From Marsupella aquatica (taxonomy: Eukaryota > Plantae > Marchantiophyta): DNA of 64,000 bases. Below are positions 39,783-53,283 of this stretch, piece after piece; the stretch's first letter is position 1, and every line of letters begins with the position of its first letter. A program made the translations under genes and the position numbers. The stretch lies in NCBI GenBank assembly GCA_973895155.1, contig OZ316898.1, positions 1,959,927 to 2,023,926 on the forward strand. Direction: 5' to 3'. The notes below the pieces were generated by a model, which was given only the letters and a program-made list of their open reading frames with translations, did not search any database and was not told the origin of the DNA.

Positions 39783-42700
39783 TCAAGTAGAGGACGTAGT
39801 AGAGCGATGACAGTGGTTGATTGGGTCCTCTTTGACTCGGATTTCCTCCTCATAAGCCTTGCCCGTAGCATAGCCGTATTGAATCACCTCCGCAGCTGGG
39901 ATAATTGTTTTTCTCTCGCTCAGGATACGCTCAGCTGACTTCAACCTCACCACCTGTGCATTAGTAATGATCTTAGTTGTCTCGTGGAGTTTCCATTTGT
40001 CATTTGCTTAATGGTGCCCTTGTGACGAAGGCATGTGACGGAAAGATTGACTGGCCAGTTGACCTTCGATGCCGATTCTAATTGTGTAGCAATTGAAGCG
40101 TTTTTAAGATGATCCCGTCAGTGACATTTTCAAAACCGTCGACTCTACTGCAGGATAAACTTAAAGAGCTGTTATTGGAGAATCGTAGATGACAAGAACG
40201 TTCCGTGTGGGATGTGAATTAAGTGAGCTTTTTGTCGTTCCAATGACTTCTACGCAATTTGAATCGAAGCCAAGAGGGATCGCAGCTTTCTATCTAAGTC
40301 GGAAGGTTTCATCATTTGAGGTAGCGAGGTAAATGGTTAACTGTGTTCATGAAAACGGAGAGTACCAAGCTTGGTACGTCATGCTCTTACCTGTAAACAT
40401 TCTAGCAGCAGGTAATAAGCTCGGTTCGTCAGAGGCATGTGCCCAAATTTGGGACCGGAGAAGTACCTCGGCCTGCATTCGCAGCCAGGGAAAACGTAAT
40501 TGTAACGGGCATGAAAAAGGTCGTGAGGTTCAAAGCTCCCAACGGCCATAAGATCGAAGCAAGTATTGAAAACGGATAGTGAGTGGAGGTCAATCCACGA
40601 ATTTTCGGTTCACAGCTTGGTTGTGATTTCTCTCTCGTTTCAGGAGGCGTGGTGAGAAGAAAACCATGAGGGTTGTGTGCCTGGGTCGACGGAAAATCCG
40701 TACATGTCGACACTTTTGCATATGGAAATTGCAAAATTGAGTGCCAGAAAACCGGAGCTGTATCCCAGAAGATGGTCTGCCTCAAGTTCGCTGCCCACTT
40801 CGGTTATGGGTGAGACGTAAATAGTATTACCCATGTTGGTAGCCTGCAAGATAAGTAATGAATCTAGTGAGGCATGCACTCAGAGCTCCTTTGAACACAA
40901 TCAATCCTTGAGTTCCGGTGCAGTCTCGAAGATGGACGAAAAGAGTAACCCTCTGTCAAATGATCGTGACAGCATATTGCATCACAGCCAACGGAAGGTA
41001 CAAAATACTAGATATATCGTCTGACTCCATTTCTCCGCTAAGTTACAGGAGACGTACAATGATAGTGCAATGAGGTTATCAATAAACCAAAGACTCACCT
41101 GTAATTTTTTCAAAGTAGATCCGCCCAGTGCTCTGCGCAGCACGAGGGTTTCTGGTGCCACAGCATTGAAAGACCATTAAATGAGTAAGCCCAAGCATAC
41201 ATATGTGATATGGATAAAGGTTGGCATCACAAGTGGGCATTTTTTGTCTTTGGAAATTAATCAGAAGAGCAAAGCACTATGTTAAGGAGTCCTCGGAATT
41301 GCAGGGTAAACATGCATGTCAGGTTCCTATTTTCCCGGCGGTGAAGAGGTTTGGAAGAATTACCGTTTATGATAGGGATTTTCCTGATGAAAGGCAGAAG
41401 GGCCTTTGTGACCCTCTCGTTCACAAAACGAAATGTGGTCTTCTGGCCTGTCCATTTGGCATACTTCGGCTGGGCACGGCCACAGGCAAACAATACATTA
41501 GCTTGCCAGTCAGGCATTGAATCCAATCACACACAGATGCACAGGAGTTGTTGTCGGTTGTTTGTTAACTTGTGATCTTGGTACCTTACAGGAGACCTTC
41601 GTACCGCGCCTCATCTATGTTCGATGCATGGTCTTGCTCAAAGTATTTTCAAAATTGCTGGAAACTAGTTCGACGAGCTAATTACCCCAGTTCTCCCATC
41701 ATTGATACGGATGACGGTATCATGAGCGTCTATTTCTGGTCCGAAGGTGACATTGGACATCAGACTGGCGGCATTGCCAACCAGAGCACACCGCCCTCCT
41801 TGACCTGGTGCAAGTGGTTGTTTCACCGGTAGCAATCTACGAACGAGTTGAAAACAATCTTCGGGTTCCCTGCAACGCCGTCTGCGAGAAATAGGCTCTC
41901 AGCATTTGCATTCAATGAGTTAATGCCTATGTCAGTTGATGGATGTATTTCAGGGCAGCAAGGTATGCGAAGCAAAGAGCATGTGGCGTTGTTCTCAACA
42001 CTTAGACAGGGGATGCGTTGTGCGAAGGGCATGCTGGACTAAAATGGGTATAAGTACCTCGAGGCAAAATGATATAGAATACGCTTCGGGTTTTCCTCTT
42101 TCAAATAGCAGTCAAACACCTCTTTTGTCACCACCGCTGGACGCGTCCTTGCCTGTACAAGTACACAGCATCGAATCACCGAAGTAGATGACTAAGTACG
42201 AGAATGCGAGATGGTCAGGAGAAATTCAATTCTCTCCTAGTTCAAAAGAACGCAAAGAGAATTCAGAAAAGGAATGTTTTCTTCAATCAACCAACCGTAG
42301 TGGCACCTCACTACAGGTAACACTTCAGTGTACAACTATTTAAGCTACTCTAAGATTAGCCATGCTTTGACTCATTACATGCTACCCAAATTACGGAAGC
42401 TGTGGCCAAGGGTTCAAAGGCACACGTTGCTCCAGAACTTCATCAAAGTGCACAGATTGTAATCCCAAGCCAAGCTTTCTGCTTCTTGAACTCGAGCTCC
42501 AGATGCAGGCCTTCTGTACACCTGAGCGATGTAAGGAGATAAAGCAATTAGAAGCAGGAAGAAAATAACGACCAGTACAGTAATGTTCTGTCTGCATCCC
42601 GGCTGGTTCGTTAACTAAACATTTTTCAGATCATAGTTGGAAACTCGAAAAGCAGGAAAAAATGAGGTTGAGCTATGAAGTGAGTAGGTTGGGAAACAAA

Positions 42701-42943
42701 ACTTACCCAAGAATTTTCAGTTCCGTTGGGGTATTGAAGGCGTATTATGCATCCTTGACCTCGAATAACTTTTATGCCATCTCCATTCTCTACCTGCTCC
42801 GTGAACAGATTTCTGGTATGAATGCAAAATCTGAATGGAAGGATGTAAAATAGCAAAACGACAGTCGACAACCCACAGGCCCGCAACAGAGATCTCAGTC
42901 ACTTTCTTTCGACCCTCGTTTCAGTGTATGTCTTGCATTTCAT
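39783..42943 (-). CDS. GT29 sialyltransferase-like glycosyltransferase (plant SIA2-like), multi-exon; in-frame TGA at codon 15, so possibly a pseudogene
   Basis: N-terminal TM segment LRSLLRACGLSTVVLLFYILPF. Sialylmotif L reads GRCALVGNAASLMSNVTFGPEIDAHDTVIRIN...KWTGQKTTFRFVN (about 41690-41800 and 41420-41470). Sialylmotif S reads SSGFLALNFAISICKSVDMYGFSVDPG (about 40680-40760). RYFSGPKFGHMPLTNRAYYLLLECL lies at about 40390-40470. The last exon ends in TGA at 39783-39785. Confidence 0.8.
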
Positions 42944-44359
42944 TGTTAAACGAGCGATGGACCTCAGTGATTTGTTGACCTACGCGGTTGTCCAGGAATT
43001 CAGAAGTGATAGACCACATTGATCAAAACGAAGACTTATATGGACGAACGTCACCAACGAGAACATATTCAACTTGTGAAGTAGGCAATTACTGAGCAGG
43101 AAATACCAAACATTGCCCCACAGCTTGATGCAGCTTAGTGAGCGTTGCCCTACTTTTCTCGGAGTGGAGCACCTCAGAGCTTCGGACGATGTCTTGTGGC
43201 ACTGGCACTGTCGGGAAATGAAGAGCTTACTATATCTTTGGGAAGTGATGTCCGATACCTCTCAAAGTGTATTCGGCTGTCAGTGGGTCAATTTCTTAAT
43301 GTAAAAGACAAACCTTCCGATTGCAATACTCACAACTGCGCTTCAACAATATTTCGTGGATACATAGTTTAGATGTTAAGGTGACATGTCCGTTTGAAAA
43401 GAGTTTTTCTCTCCTTGAAATTACCTCCTCGCAACGTCAAGAATACTTGAGCCCTGTTCAGGCAGTCCTTAATGTTCTCCTCTGCCTTGCAAATAGTTTC
43501 TCACCTCAACCTAAATTGTTGTTTTTCTCTGGTTTTCTTGTTTCCTGGCCTTTCTTGGCCCTTTGGATTGTCCCCCCTTGATTGGGTCCTTTGCCTGTGG
43601 GATCCTGTCTCCCGGTTGGGCACACTTTGTTTTTTGGCAGTGTGATATATAGTACCTAAATTCATCTCACTCATCTCACAAGACATGAAGATAGAAGACG
43701 AAAGTAATCTGTACGGTACCTGAAATCCAGAAGAAATTGAAGACAGAGGCGAGCATTGTGGCTACCAGAACCACGTCGAGCAATCTCGTGCATGTCATTT
43801 CTAGTACTGTTCACCCCGTTACCGATGCGAACGTCGCATTTGCTTTCTACAACAATCGGCCTAGTTACTGTTTCTTCATCGAGGGTCTCCAAACAGTACT
43901 CGTAGTACAGTAAATTGTTCTCCTTATTGAGTCGACTGAGTAGCTTTCCGTCTTTCCTCCATGAAAAGCTTTTAGAAGCGAATGCTTTTGAGTCTTGTAC
44001 CTGCATTTTCTTGAAACGGACCATCACCATGAATACTTCGGCTCTGGTCGCATTTGTTATATCCGAATCTACGTTGATTGAATCGCTTTGCTCTTCTCCG
44101 TGTTCACATTAGTTTGTTTCGGTTTGAGCAAAACGAAGCCAAATTGGGTCCTGGCCATCAAACAATGTCCAACTGTCTCCCGTGAGAAGTGAAAACCACT
44201 TTTCTTCAATTCCAGTACAGTGAACAGGGTATCTTACAGTGGAGCCAAACAGTATTTTAAAATGTTGGGAAAATTAGTCCACGGTCGACAGGGTGATAAA
44301 AATCATGGTGACCATCGTCTAGTTGAAACTTTGACCCACAAAGAGATGCAACAAATTTT

Positions 44360-44820
44360 GACCCAGTGCATGACGAGGAGAATGCATGACGAGGAGGGTG
44401 TCTCACGAAGACCAATGAATCCAATCCAGACCCAATGCATGACGAGGAGGGTGTCTCACGAAGACCAATGCATCAAATCCAGAGAAGACGTATTGACCAA
44501 GATGCCTATGAAGCCGACAACATGACGTCATGAGTCAGCGAGAAGAACCCACCGAAGGAGTTCCGTGATCCATACGGGATGTCACAGAATCGCTTCCAAA
44601 CTGATTTTTGAGTTCTACTCCTCTCCTTGGATTTAGTCCTCGATCAAGCTTTGCAGGCTGCAATGTACCCAAAGCTACATTGTCCCCTACCTCGATCAAG
44701 CTTTGCAGGCTGCAATGTACCCAAAGCTACATTGTCCTCTACTCCTCTCCTTTGATTTTAGTCCTCGATCAAGCTTTGCAGGCTGCAATGTACCAAAAGC
44801 TGCATTTACCTCAACCGCAG
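44360..44820 (+). repeat. Short tandem repeat clusters, probably a TE remnant
   Basis: tgcatgacgaggagggtgtctcacgaagaccaatg occurs twice or more, and ctcgatcaagctttgcaggctgcaatgtacc occurs three times. Confidence 0.7.
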
Positions 44821-47119
44821 AGCTACTTGGAAATTATTGCTGGCTTGGTTTTAGCTCAGTAATGATGTACAGTTCAGCACCAGTGCACCAACCGATAGAG
44901 GATTTGTTCTAATTCATTTCAGTGTCAAGTTATTGGTGTTCTATTGGAAGACTTACGATGCAGTCAATTGGGGTAGCAGAACAACTGTAGGCGCCTCAAA
45001 TACAGTGACAAATTAAGGGATGTACTCTTTCCCATATATACCAGGTTTTCGCTGTAGGACAAGATGTCTATTTGTCGGACACGACAAATGACAACTTGTC
45101 CGCCCAAAAATGGTTTATTTGTCCAATATTTCCTTATATTCCCCGGCCGGGACCAAAAATTCTCGACCCATCCTCGGCCCGGTCCTGAACTCCCCTCCTG
45201 ACCTTTCTCCCAGCCCGACCCTGTCACCCGGCCGGGATCGACCGGGGCGACATATGTCATTTGTCGCCCCAAATGGCCCTATTTGTCCGGCAAGTACAAA
45301 CCGGACATACATAAGTCAATGTCATTCAAGTTACATTTTTGGTGGACCTATGTGGTGGTCATTTTATCTCAACCCAATGCATCCACTCAGACAACATTTG
45401 GACAACATCTTCTTCTTCTTCTTTTTCTTCTTCTTCTTCTTTTTTTTTGGGGGGGGGCGGCAGGCGGGGATGGGGGGCGAGCGGGCGAGGGGGAAATGAC
45501 ATCAATCTTTGACAAGGCACATGGCTTCATTAATTATCTATGTTTAAAATTAAATAACAATATATTAGTAAACACCGTTAAAATTCTTTTTGGAATATCT
45601 TTAATTTGAATAATACAGGTTACAAACATTACATAATTAAAACTAAATCTCTTAGTGTTAATGTTACCAGAACATTAAGTGCAATAATAGCATCTCAAAA
45701 CTCAAGCAAAAAAACTGTCTTTTCAAGGGCTTATGGTCCACAATGTCATGTAAGCAAAGATGTTACTATATTCATAATGAGTTGATCCATCTTGACTATG
45801 CATTAAATCTTGAGGAATCTTACTTGTAAAGCTCCACCTACAAGCTAGAGTGAGACCTGGGCTTCTAGAGTGAAGTATCTAGACACTAATTGATGTATGT
45901 CAAATGATAATAGTTTTTGTCATGATTTCTATTTATATTAAAAATTGAAATCTATGACCCCACCATAACATTTGTGCGTTAAACAAAGAGTATGATAAGT
46001 TATGTATGATTATTAAAATGATAACATGCATGATAGTTTTTTTTATCATTTCATTAACTTTTCAAAAAATGTGAATAAGGAATATATTTTGGTGACATTT
46101 TTATTGTTCTCCCCACTATTCATGTTCAAGGAAGGGGTAGTCTGGGCTAGTGTCATAGAAAAATCAATAATTGATAGGGACCTCCATGTGAAATTTCTTC
46201 CAAGTTTCTGAAAGCCAATGCAGTCACATCAGCCCTATTGGTTAAGTATATTAGATTGTGTTAACAAGACACTCTGAGACAAAATGCCCCCCAAAATAAG
46301 AGAGTTCAAGCTTGAGTTTTGAGGGGCTAATATTGTACACAATGCTCTAGTAACCTGAACGTAATATATTGCCACAAAAATTAAGGAGAGCTTAGCTTGA
46401 GTTGTTATTCTTGTCTATGATGCCAGCCTAAGAGATTTTTATTCTTACCTCTTTATTTAGTAAGAGTAGAGGTATTTTCATGATGGTCCTATCCAAATCT
46501 TTACTATGCGTTTTTCACTTATAATGCCCTAACAAAGAGAAAAATCAAAAACTGAAGCCGGGATGGACCACCATATTGGACACAATGTTTCCTTCAACCA
46601 CAATCATTTTGGTGGTCCATGGGAATTTGGGGCACATAACTTGATGATGATTATGAGTAAATTTTAGTTTTGCACCTGCACAACAACTAGGGAAGGAGGA
46701 GACACACACAAAATACTAGCCCAAATATCTCATGTTAACACAATGACAATTAATCCAATGAAATAACCCCGGGAAATAACTCCCCCCTCCTCAATGGCCC
46801 AAAAACTCAATGTGACATTTCATGGAAGTGTATTTACCTACTCCTCTAGCATATCCCAAACACTAAAAATCACTTTAGATTATGAATGTCAAGTTACTAC
46901 AATAATACTTGAACTAGAATTTTGAGAAATGTTGTCCATGGGGTTTCTGTTGCGCCTCAGTGGGCACATACATTCACTATTCTTCGTAGGGGTGAGTCTG
47001 TTGGTCTTAGGGCCTCTAGTAGTATTTCTTTGCTTCACTCTCCTATACAGTTCACACCAAAAGCTCTACCAGGCTCTTCAGTTTGCCAATCTGTAGGCTT
47101 TGGGATCCTGGTTTTTGGG

Positions 47120-47270
47120 TCTGCAGTTGTTCTTTGTTTCCTGACCTTTCTTGGCCCTTTGGTTGTCCCCCCTTCAAGGGGTCTTTTGCCTGAGGGTTGA
47201 TGTCTCCGGGTTGAGAGCCCTTTCTTTTGGCATCCTGCCTTTTTTTGTCCTTCATTCCAATACAAAAAAG
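47120..47270 (+). mobile_element. Dispersed repeat, probable 3' end of a non-LTR retroelement; related copy at about 43530-43640
   Basis: Both sites share tgtttcctg.cctttcttggccctttgg.ttgtcccccctt...tttgcctg..gg. The copy here ends in an A-rich tail. Confidence 0.45.
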
Positions 47271-47408
47271 CTCTTGGGTGACAAAGATCCACAACCATTG
47301 GATTCTATTGGCTTTTTTCCTTGATCATTGATGGAGAAAATGTATACCTTTGACACATTTGTGTTTCCTGTTGCCTCATAAATGCCCTGGCCAGACTCCC
47401 TATGGGCC

Positions 47409-47511
47409 GACCGTCTTTGCACACTGTGTTGAACCGGCACATATACTAACCAGCCCTATGCCGGTGCAACGCAGTGTGCAAAGACGGTCAGCCAGCCCAC
47501 GCAGTGTGCAC

Positions 47512-47543
<32 letters not shown>

Positions 47544-47583
47544 GCTCGGCCCTCCTCACACTGGATTGCACCGGCATAGGGCT
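47409..47583. mobile_element. Small MITE-like foldback element with nested inverted repeats around (TA)n
   Basis: 47409-47439 pairs with 47459-47489 (29/31). 47452-47478 pairs with 47557-47583. Confidence 0.5.
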
Positions 47584-49590
47584 TTTATATATAGCTTTCA
47601 AATAGAGAAAAATCACGAGTGCATAAAGCGTGAAAATTCATGAAAATTCTGCTGACTCGAGAGTACACGCTCTCTGTGGAACAGACCGACCACAGTAGAA
47701 ACTGACTGACATTCCTAAAGGTCTAAAGGAGCACCGACCCCGGAATCTTAGTGATCCTCTTGCAATTGAATGCACCGTCCTTGGAAAACGATCCATCTAT
47801 CCCTGTCTTGGGCTCGGCGGTACAGTAGATGCTTTAGACTCACACCACGGTATGTCAAGGGTGGGTCGGCGGACCTCTGAGAACTGGAGCACTGGCAGAA
47901 ATGCAGAATGATGCGAATGTGCTCCTGCCCAAGTTTTCATCGACGATCGACAAGCTTCAGAGCTCAGAGTACAGTAGTAACTGTACTTCTGTACTTTCGC
48001 TTTGACGCCAAGTTTATCCTCCACCACAGTCCTTCTTTACTGTAGTCTGTTAGCACACTTCAGCTCGAGCTGAAGCCGCGTGCCTTCCTCCATATGACCG
48101 GATTGCCATTCCGAAGAGCGTATCCTGGTTGAAGGGTTTGAGCTGGGATTGTTGGGTTGCAAGTGATAATCTTATTGTGGAGGCTGGATAGATCTATCCA
48201 CGGTGGTCTCTGCTTTCTGATTGCTACATTGCAAAGGTAAGATTTCGGCTTCTGAGTTTGAGTTTAGGTCACTCGACTCCTGGCTCAAATTTGGCAAATG
48301 ATTGGATTTGATCGAGATTGTGGGGCACAGAGTAAACACTGGGCCGGACAATGGGGGCTTCTGAGTTGGACAATCTCAGCTCGGATCTTACAACCCATTG
48401 TTTCCGATTGAGTCGTTTGTGATCTACAATGGACCTGGGACTGACAATACAAGGTCCTTAGCTCAGTTTTCATTGAAGCCGGATGAGTCTTTCGTGAGTA
48501 CAGAAGCAGCAATGTGGTAGTCTGCTAGCTCTGCTGTCAATAGATTTCAGCTCAGACTTTGCCAGTTGTCATGTTCGATCCAGTCCGCAGTGAGCTACAG
48601 AGAGCTACGGAGTAAGCCATCGGGACCCCGCAAGGGGTGGTCCTGGGCTGTAAAGATGTTGTCGATAGATATCATGTAAATTGCTTGAGTAAAGAGTCTT
48701 CTCAGTTCCTTTATCGGTTTTGAATGCAGGACGAGCTTCCGGGTAGTTCTGCTGCACTACAAAAGGTGCCACCATTTCTCCCTTCCATGCATTGTACAGT
48801 GAGGTTTTGTTAGAGTGATATTTAGTGAGTCGGGGAACAATGGTGGCTTTGCGTCAGCACGGTCGGCATCTTGTGTGTGGAGTTGGTGGGTACAATGCAA
48901 GAGCTTGCTGACTGAAGGGGAGATTTCTTGCCTTCCGGTATGCCTGCTGTGATGGGACGAATTCGAAGATCTTAGCTAATTCTCTACAGCTGAGAAAGTT
49001 GCATTCCGAAAGTCAGGTTCGATTGGTCAATTGTCAGTTCAGTTGCCACCGGTATATCAAGATATATAAAAGCGAGAGCACAGAAACGATGTTCGTTGAG
49101 TGATTGGGTCAATTCCTAATAAGAGGGGAATGTAGACTTGGCTCACCACCCGTAATCACTGACGACATTGCTAATTTGCTCCTGTCGGCCTTCGAGATTA
49201 GTCTCTTTATTCTAACAGAAACGTGATAGACAACAAGTGATTAGCTTTTGTGACTGATGGAAGATTGATTGTTTCTTGTCACTGGGCAACGTTGCAACAG
49301 AGACCTGATGGAAAACGGATTGTTTATTCTCGACGCGGGAACATTGTAGCAAAGACTTGATTGAGATGGATTATTTCTTGCCATTGTGGAGTCCTTCGTG
49401 ACAAGGACCTGATCGCAAGTGTTGTCGTCATAATAGGTTTCTCTGTAACAAAACCCTGGTGGCAAGACTGATTAGTTTAGGCCATTGTGAACTACATAGT
49501 AACGAAGGCAATGGAAGTTTGCTAATTTCTTGGCATTGCGGCTCGGGTGATCTTGCAGTATCACTTCAGATTTGAAGAGAAGAAGACACA

Positions 49591-50118
49591 ATGAAGTGGG
49601 CCGAGATCAAAGCCAAGCTACCCTCTGACAAGACACCAGAGGCCAAGGCAGAGCGATCCAAATTGTTCGATCAGTTCGACCCAAATGGCAATGGTTATCT
49701 CTCCTTGGCAGAAGTTGACAAGGGTGTTCGTGATGTTCTGGGACTCGAGGACGTGTACGAGGCCAAGTCTGCTGTCATGAGAGCTTTTTCTGCAGCCAAG
49801 AATGTTGCAACGAGCAAGGCAAAGCTTGGACCAGACTTTGTGGAGCGTTCGGAGTTCAGGTTGATCCTCCTCTACCTCGGCAAGTACTACGAACTGTACG
49901 AGATGTTCGAGATTGTTGATAGCAGCAACGATAGAAGAATCAACAAGGCGGAGTTCAAAACTGCTCTTGCCGAGCTGGGAAAGTGGGGCATCAAGGTTGA
50001 CAACCCGGACGCTGAGTTTGAGATGATCGATGGGAACAAGGGAGGATACATCCTCTTCGACGAGTTCGCCGACTGGGGCCTAAAAAAGCACCTTGAACTT
50101 GAGGATGATGCAGAGTAA
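49591..50118 (+). CDS. EF-hand calcium-binding protein, flagellar calcium-binding protein (calflagin/FCaBP)-like
   Basis: 175-aa intronless ORF with EF loops DPNGNGYLSLAE, DSSNDRRINKAE and DGNKGGYILFDE. Family-like segments include WAEIKAKLPSDKTPEAKAER, MRAF, DFVERSEFRLIL and KWGIKVDNP. A 5'-UTR splice acceptor lies at about 49558. Confidence 0.85.
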   Translation: MKWAEIKAKLPSDKTPEAKAERSKLFDQFDPNGNGYLSLAEVDKGVRDVLGLEDVYEAKSAVMRAFSAAKNVATSKAKLGPDFVERSEFRLILLYLGKYYELYEMFEIVDSSNDRRINKAEFKTALAELGKWGIKVDNPDAEFEMIDGNKGGYILFDEFADWGLKKHLELEDDAE

Positions 50119-53061
50119 GGGTACGTCATCTTTGCACCCCCCACGGATCGAACTGCTCCGGATCCAGCTCCAGCAAAGACTGTAAATTGTGAATATGACT
50201 TCTTGGCTACTGAGCCACGTGACATAGGCTTTCATCATGATGAAAGCTGGTATTGCCTTGGTCTCATCAGGCACTTCTGATGCTGTTCTGTGCCATTTTC
50301 CAAATTCCTCTGGGTTACAATAGATGACTGCTCCCACTTCGAAACAAGACATGGCTTATCCTCCTGCTGACTAGAATTGTTGGCTACAAAGTCCAATGTG
50401 ATCATGCAGGTAGGAGATTCACTGTAGTTTTGCTTCTCGAAAGACCTAACAGTGCTTTCATGATAGTTATTGCTGCACCTGCGTTTTGTGAGGCTATAAA
50501 TTCTCAATGTTTTCTTACAGACTCAAATCTAAAGCTCGCACCATCTTGTGTCCCCTAGTATGGTTTTGCCGTCTCTGTCACTGATAAACATCAAGCTCTA
50601 TGTGGAAATTGCCTCTCTCCCACGAAACTGATGCTCACACTGATTTCATCTCCGTTTCAACAGCAGCATTGAGTTTCCTGCTGCACAGGAAGAAATGAAC
50701 TATATAAAAGATACTAAAAGTGGTGTACGTGAACGGAACGAACTCAAACTGTGTCAGAATGAGTATTCTGTGAAGCCATATGTAGAGTAGAATCGAGTCT
50801 GAGAAAGTTCTACAGACAATCTTGAGGTAAGACCGAGAACTAAAGCTGAGATTCGCGCTATGCTCAGAAGGATATGGAAAATTTTACGAATGCATCTACG
50901 ATTTTGAAGCTTTATTATCATTCTCCTTTCTGAGAAAATTGGGGACCTACGGTACTGCAGCATGAGGTCATTTGTATGTTGCTCTCTAGGATTAAACCCG
51001 CTCTTCAAAGGCAAGGAGAATGCTTGAAAGAAGAGAAATGTTCCAAGGAAATGTGGGAAAAATTTTACATGGACTACTTCTCTCATATGAGAGTGATCTT
51101 CCTCATTTTCTTGGATGAGTTTGATCTTGCAAACGAGGACACAATGTGGTGACAAGATATCATGTGCTCTCGTTAACTTCAGAAAGTGCAAGAGGCCCCA
51201 ACAGAGCAGAATGAGCACTTCAAGGCAAGATGACCAGCATCCACACTTGTACGAGAATTCTGATCTTTTCAGAAGTAAAAGAAGAATTTGGAGAAGTACG
51301 TAAACCCTTCATTAATATGTTAGTTTAGCCAGCACAAGAGGAAGACGAATTCATTTGATTGGCGCCTTTCATAACGCGTGAAATGGAGATAACGTATGAA
51401 GGGGTCCATCACGAGCGTGTCGTACTGGCAAGGTGCTATGAATAATTACGCCTAAAAGTATCAATCTTCAACTATACATAAGGGTACAAGACACGGGGCT
51501 TCGGGTTATCTGGAGAGCTCATTCCAAAAAATTAATTTGTGTACACCTTCTTTTATGTTTGTGAGTGAACTAATATATGTGCTGCTCAAAGCACCACCCT
51601 TTGTCTCACATGGATGTAAACTGAGTAGACCTCCTTCTTACTACACAGTCTTGATGTCATCTAGTGGCACTTCAAGCCAAACATTTCCAAAAACTAGCAA
51701 GATGAGCTCAAGCTCAAGAATTAGCTTGACAAGCAAGACGCTTGGTCTGAAAATAAAGGGGTTGATCACATTTTTGTCTGCGGCCATTGTTACCGGTTGA
51801 TTGAGAGATATTTTTTAAATTTTTTCTTTTTTTTGGAAGGGGTAATGTGTGAAACCCCACAGAAAGGGAAGAGTCAACCACAACATTCAAACTCAAGACC
51901 TAGATGAGTCTCAACTCAAGTGAGCCACCACATAGCCATGCCTCTTTGGGTTTGATTGACAGAATTATATATATATACAGTTTTTGTTAAGCCTAAACTT
52001 GCAACCCAAAAACATTTCTCCCTCTTGCCCACCCAACTTACCATGGGTTTTCATGTAATCTTTTCCCCAATTGTATCTCACGTCTTTCTTTTTGTTTCAT
52101 TCCCTTCATTTTCTTTCATTTGATTGGTTTTGATGAGGGTCATCATGAAGTTTTGGGAAATCTATTTTTTCCAAACTTATTAATAACTAGGTCCCAAAGC
52201 TAGGTAGCAACATAAAACTCTCAACCCAAACGGGCTTGAGACGACAAAAGTATGGCTAATAAATTCTTTGCATGGATGCATCTTAGGATGCTAACATACA
52301 CAGTTGCATAGAAACCACATCACGAAAACCTGAAGAGAACAACTAACTAACTTAAAGTACTGTTGGTCTAAAGTGCACACCCTCACCATTATCATCATTT
52401 GATCTCATTTGTTGATTAAAAAAATCCGACAGTATGTATCTTTTCTTGTGACTTTTGTCGTCATCCACCATCTACTTTGTTAACAAATAAATCAATTGTA
52501 TGCATCGGCCAATCAGATCCAACAGCTAGAGTTAGTCGTTGTTTTTTTCTGAGTAAATTCAATTAAATAAAAATAAACATTTCATTATAATCCAAAAAGT
52601 AAATTAAATGGTTACAAGCATTTGCCTCCACTTGTTGTTATTTGGCATGTTATTTTTCAATTTTCTTAAGGTACGACCGTTCCTGAGTTCAACCATTTTT
52701 TCGGGTCTCACAACAAACACAAATGGTTGAGTTTGTTTGTCACTGCAAACATCATCATGTGTATTTGTGGCGAAAAGTGTTGACATGGAGCAAACACGGG
52801 CCAGGAATTTTGCAAGTCAGAGACTCCTCATGGGGATCTGTAAATACCCTCTTCATTGGACAAGCAGCACTCCTTGCACCTCCCAAGAGCTGTCAGAGTT
52901 TCACTCACCCCTGGCTGCACCTACTCTCCACCATTCGATGCAATCAAGGGCAGAAAAGAAAGGTCTTGCACAGATCTACGGTTGGTAAAACATTCCATCC
53001 AAAACTATGAAGTTTTAAGTGAGAAAAAAGGAAAGCAAATCTTAATATGATGGATTTCACA

Positions 53062-53283
53062 GACCGGTGGTTTGTTCGGCCCTCTTTTGTCTGGTTTTTT
53101 TGGGCTTCGTCGCTGCTCTCTAGTTGAGTGGCGCATGGGGGTTTGTGGCCTATGCTTTGGTTGGCCTTCTTTTTTCTGGTTGCCTCCTTTTCTCAGGCAG
53201 CCCTCTATGTATTCGCTCCGTCTTCTCGGAATAAAGTTTTTTGGGTGTCGTTCCCTTGAAAAAAAGAAAAAAAAGAAAAAAAC
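53062..53283 (+). mobile_element. Probable LINE/SINE 3'-end remnant
   Basis: T/G-rich UTR-like stretch, AATAAA at about 53230, and an A-rich tail at 53259-53282. Confidence 0.35.

Noticed and set aside
43671-44030. 119-aa ORF as a standalone gene
   Set aside because: It has no recognisable domain and may be an upstream exon of the GT29 transcript.
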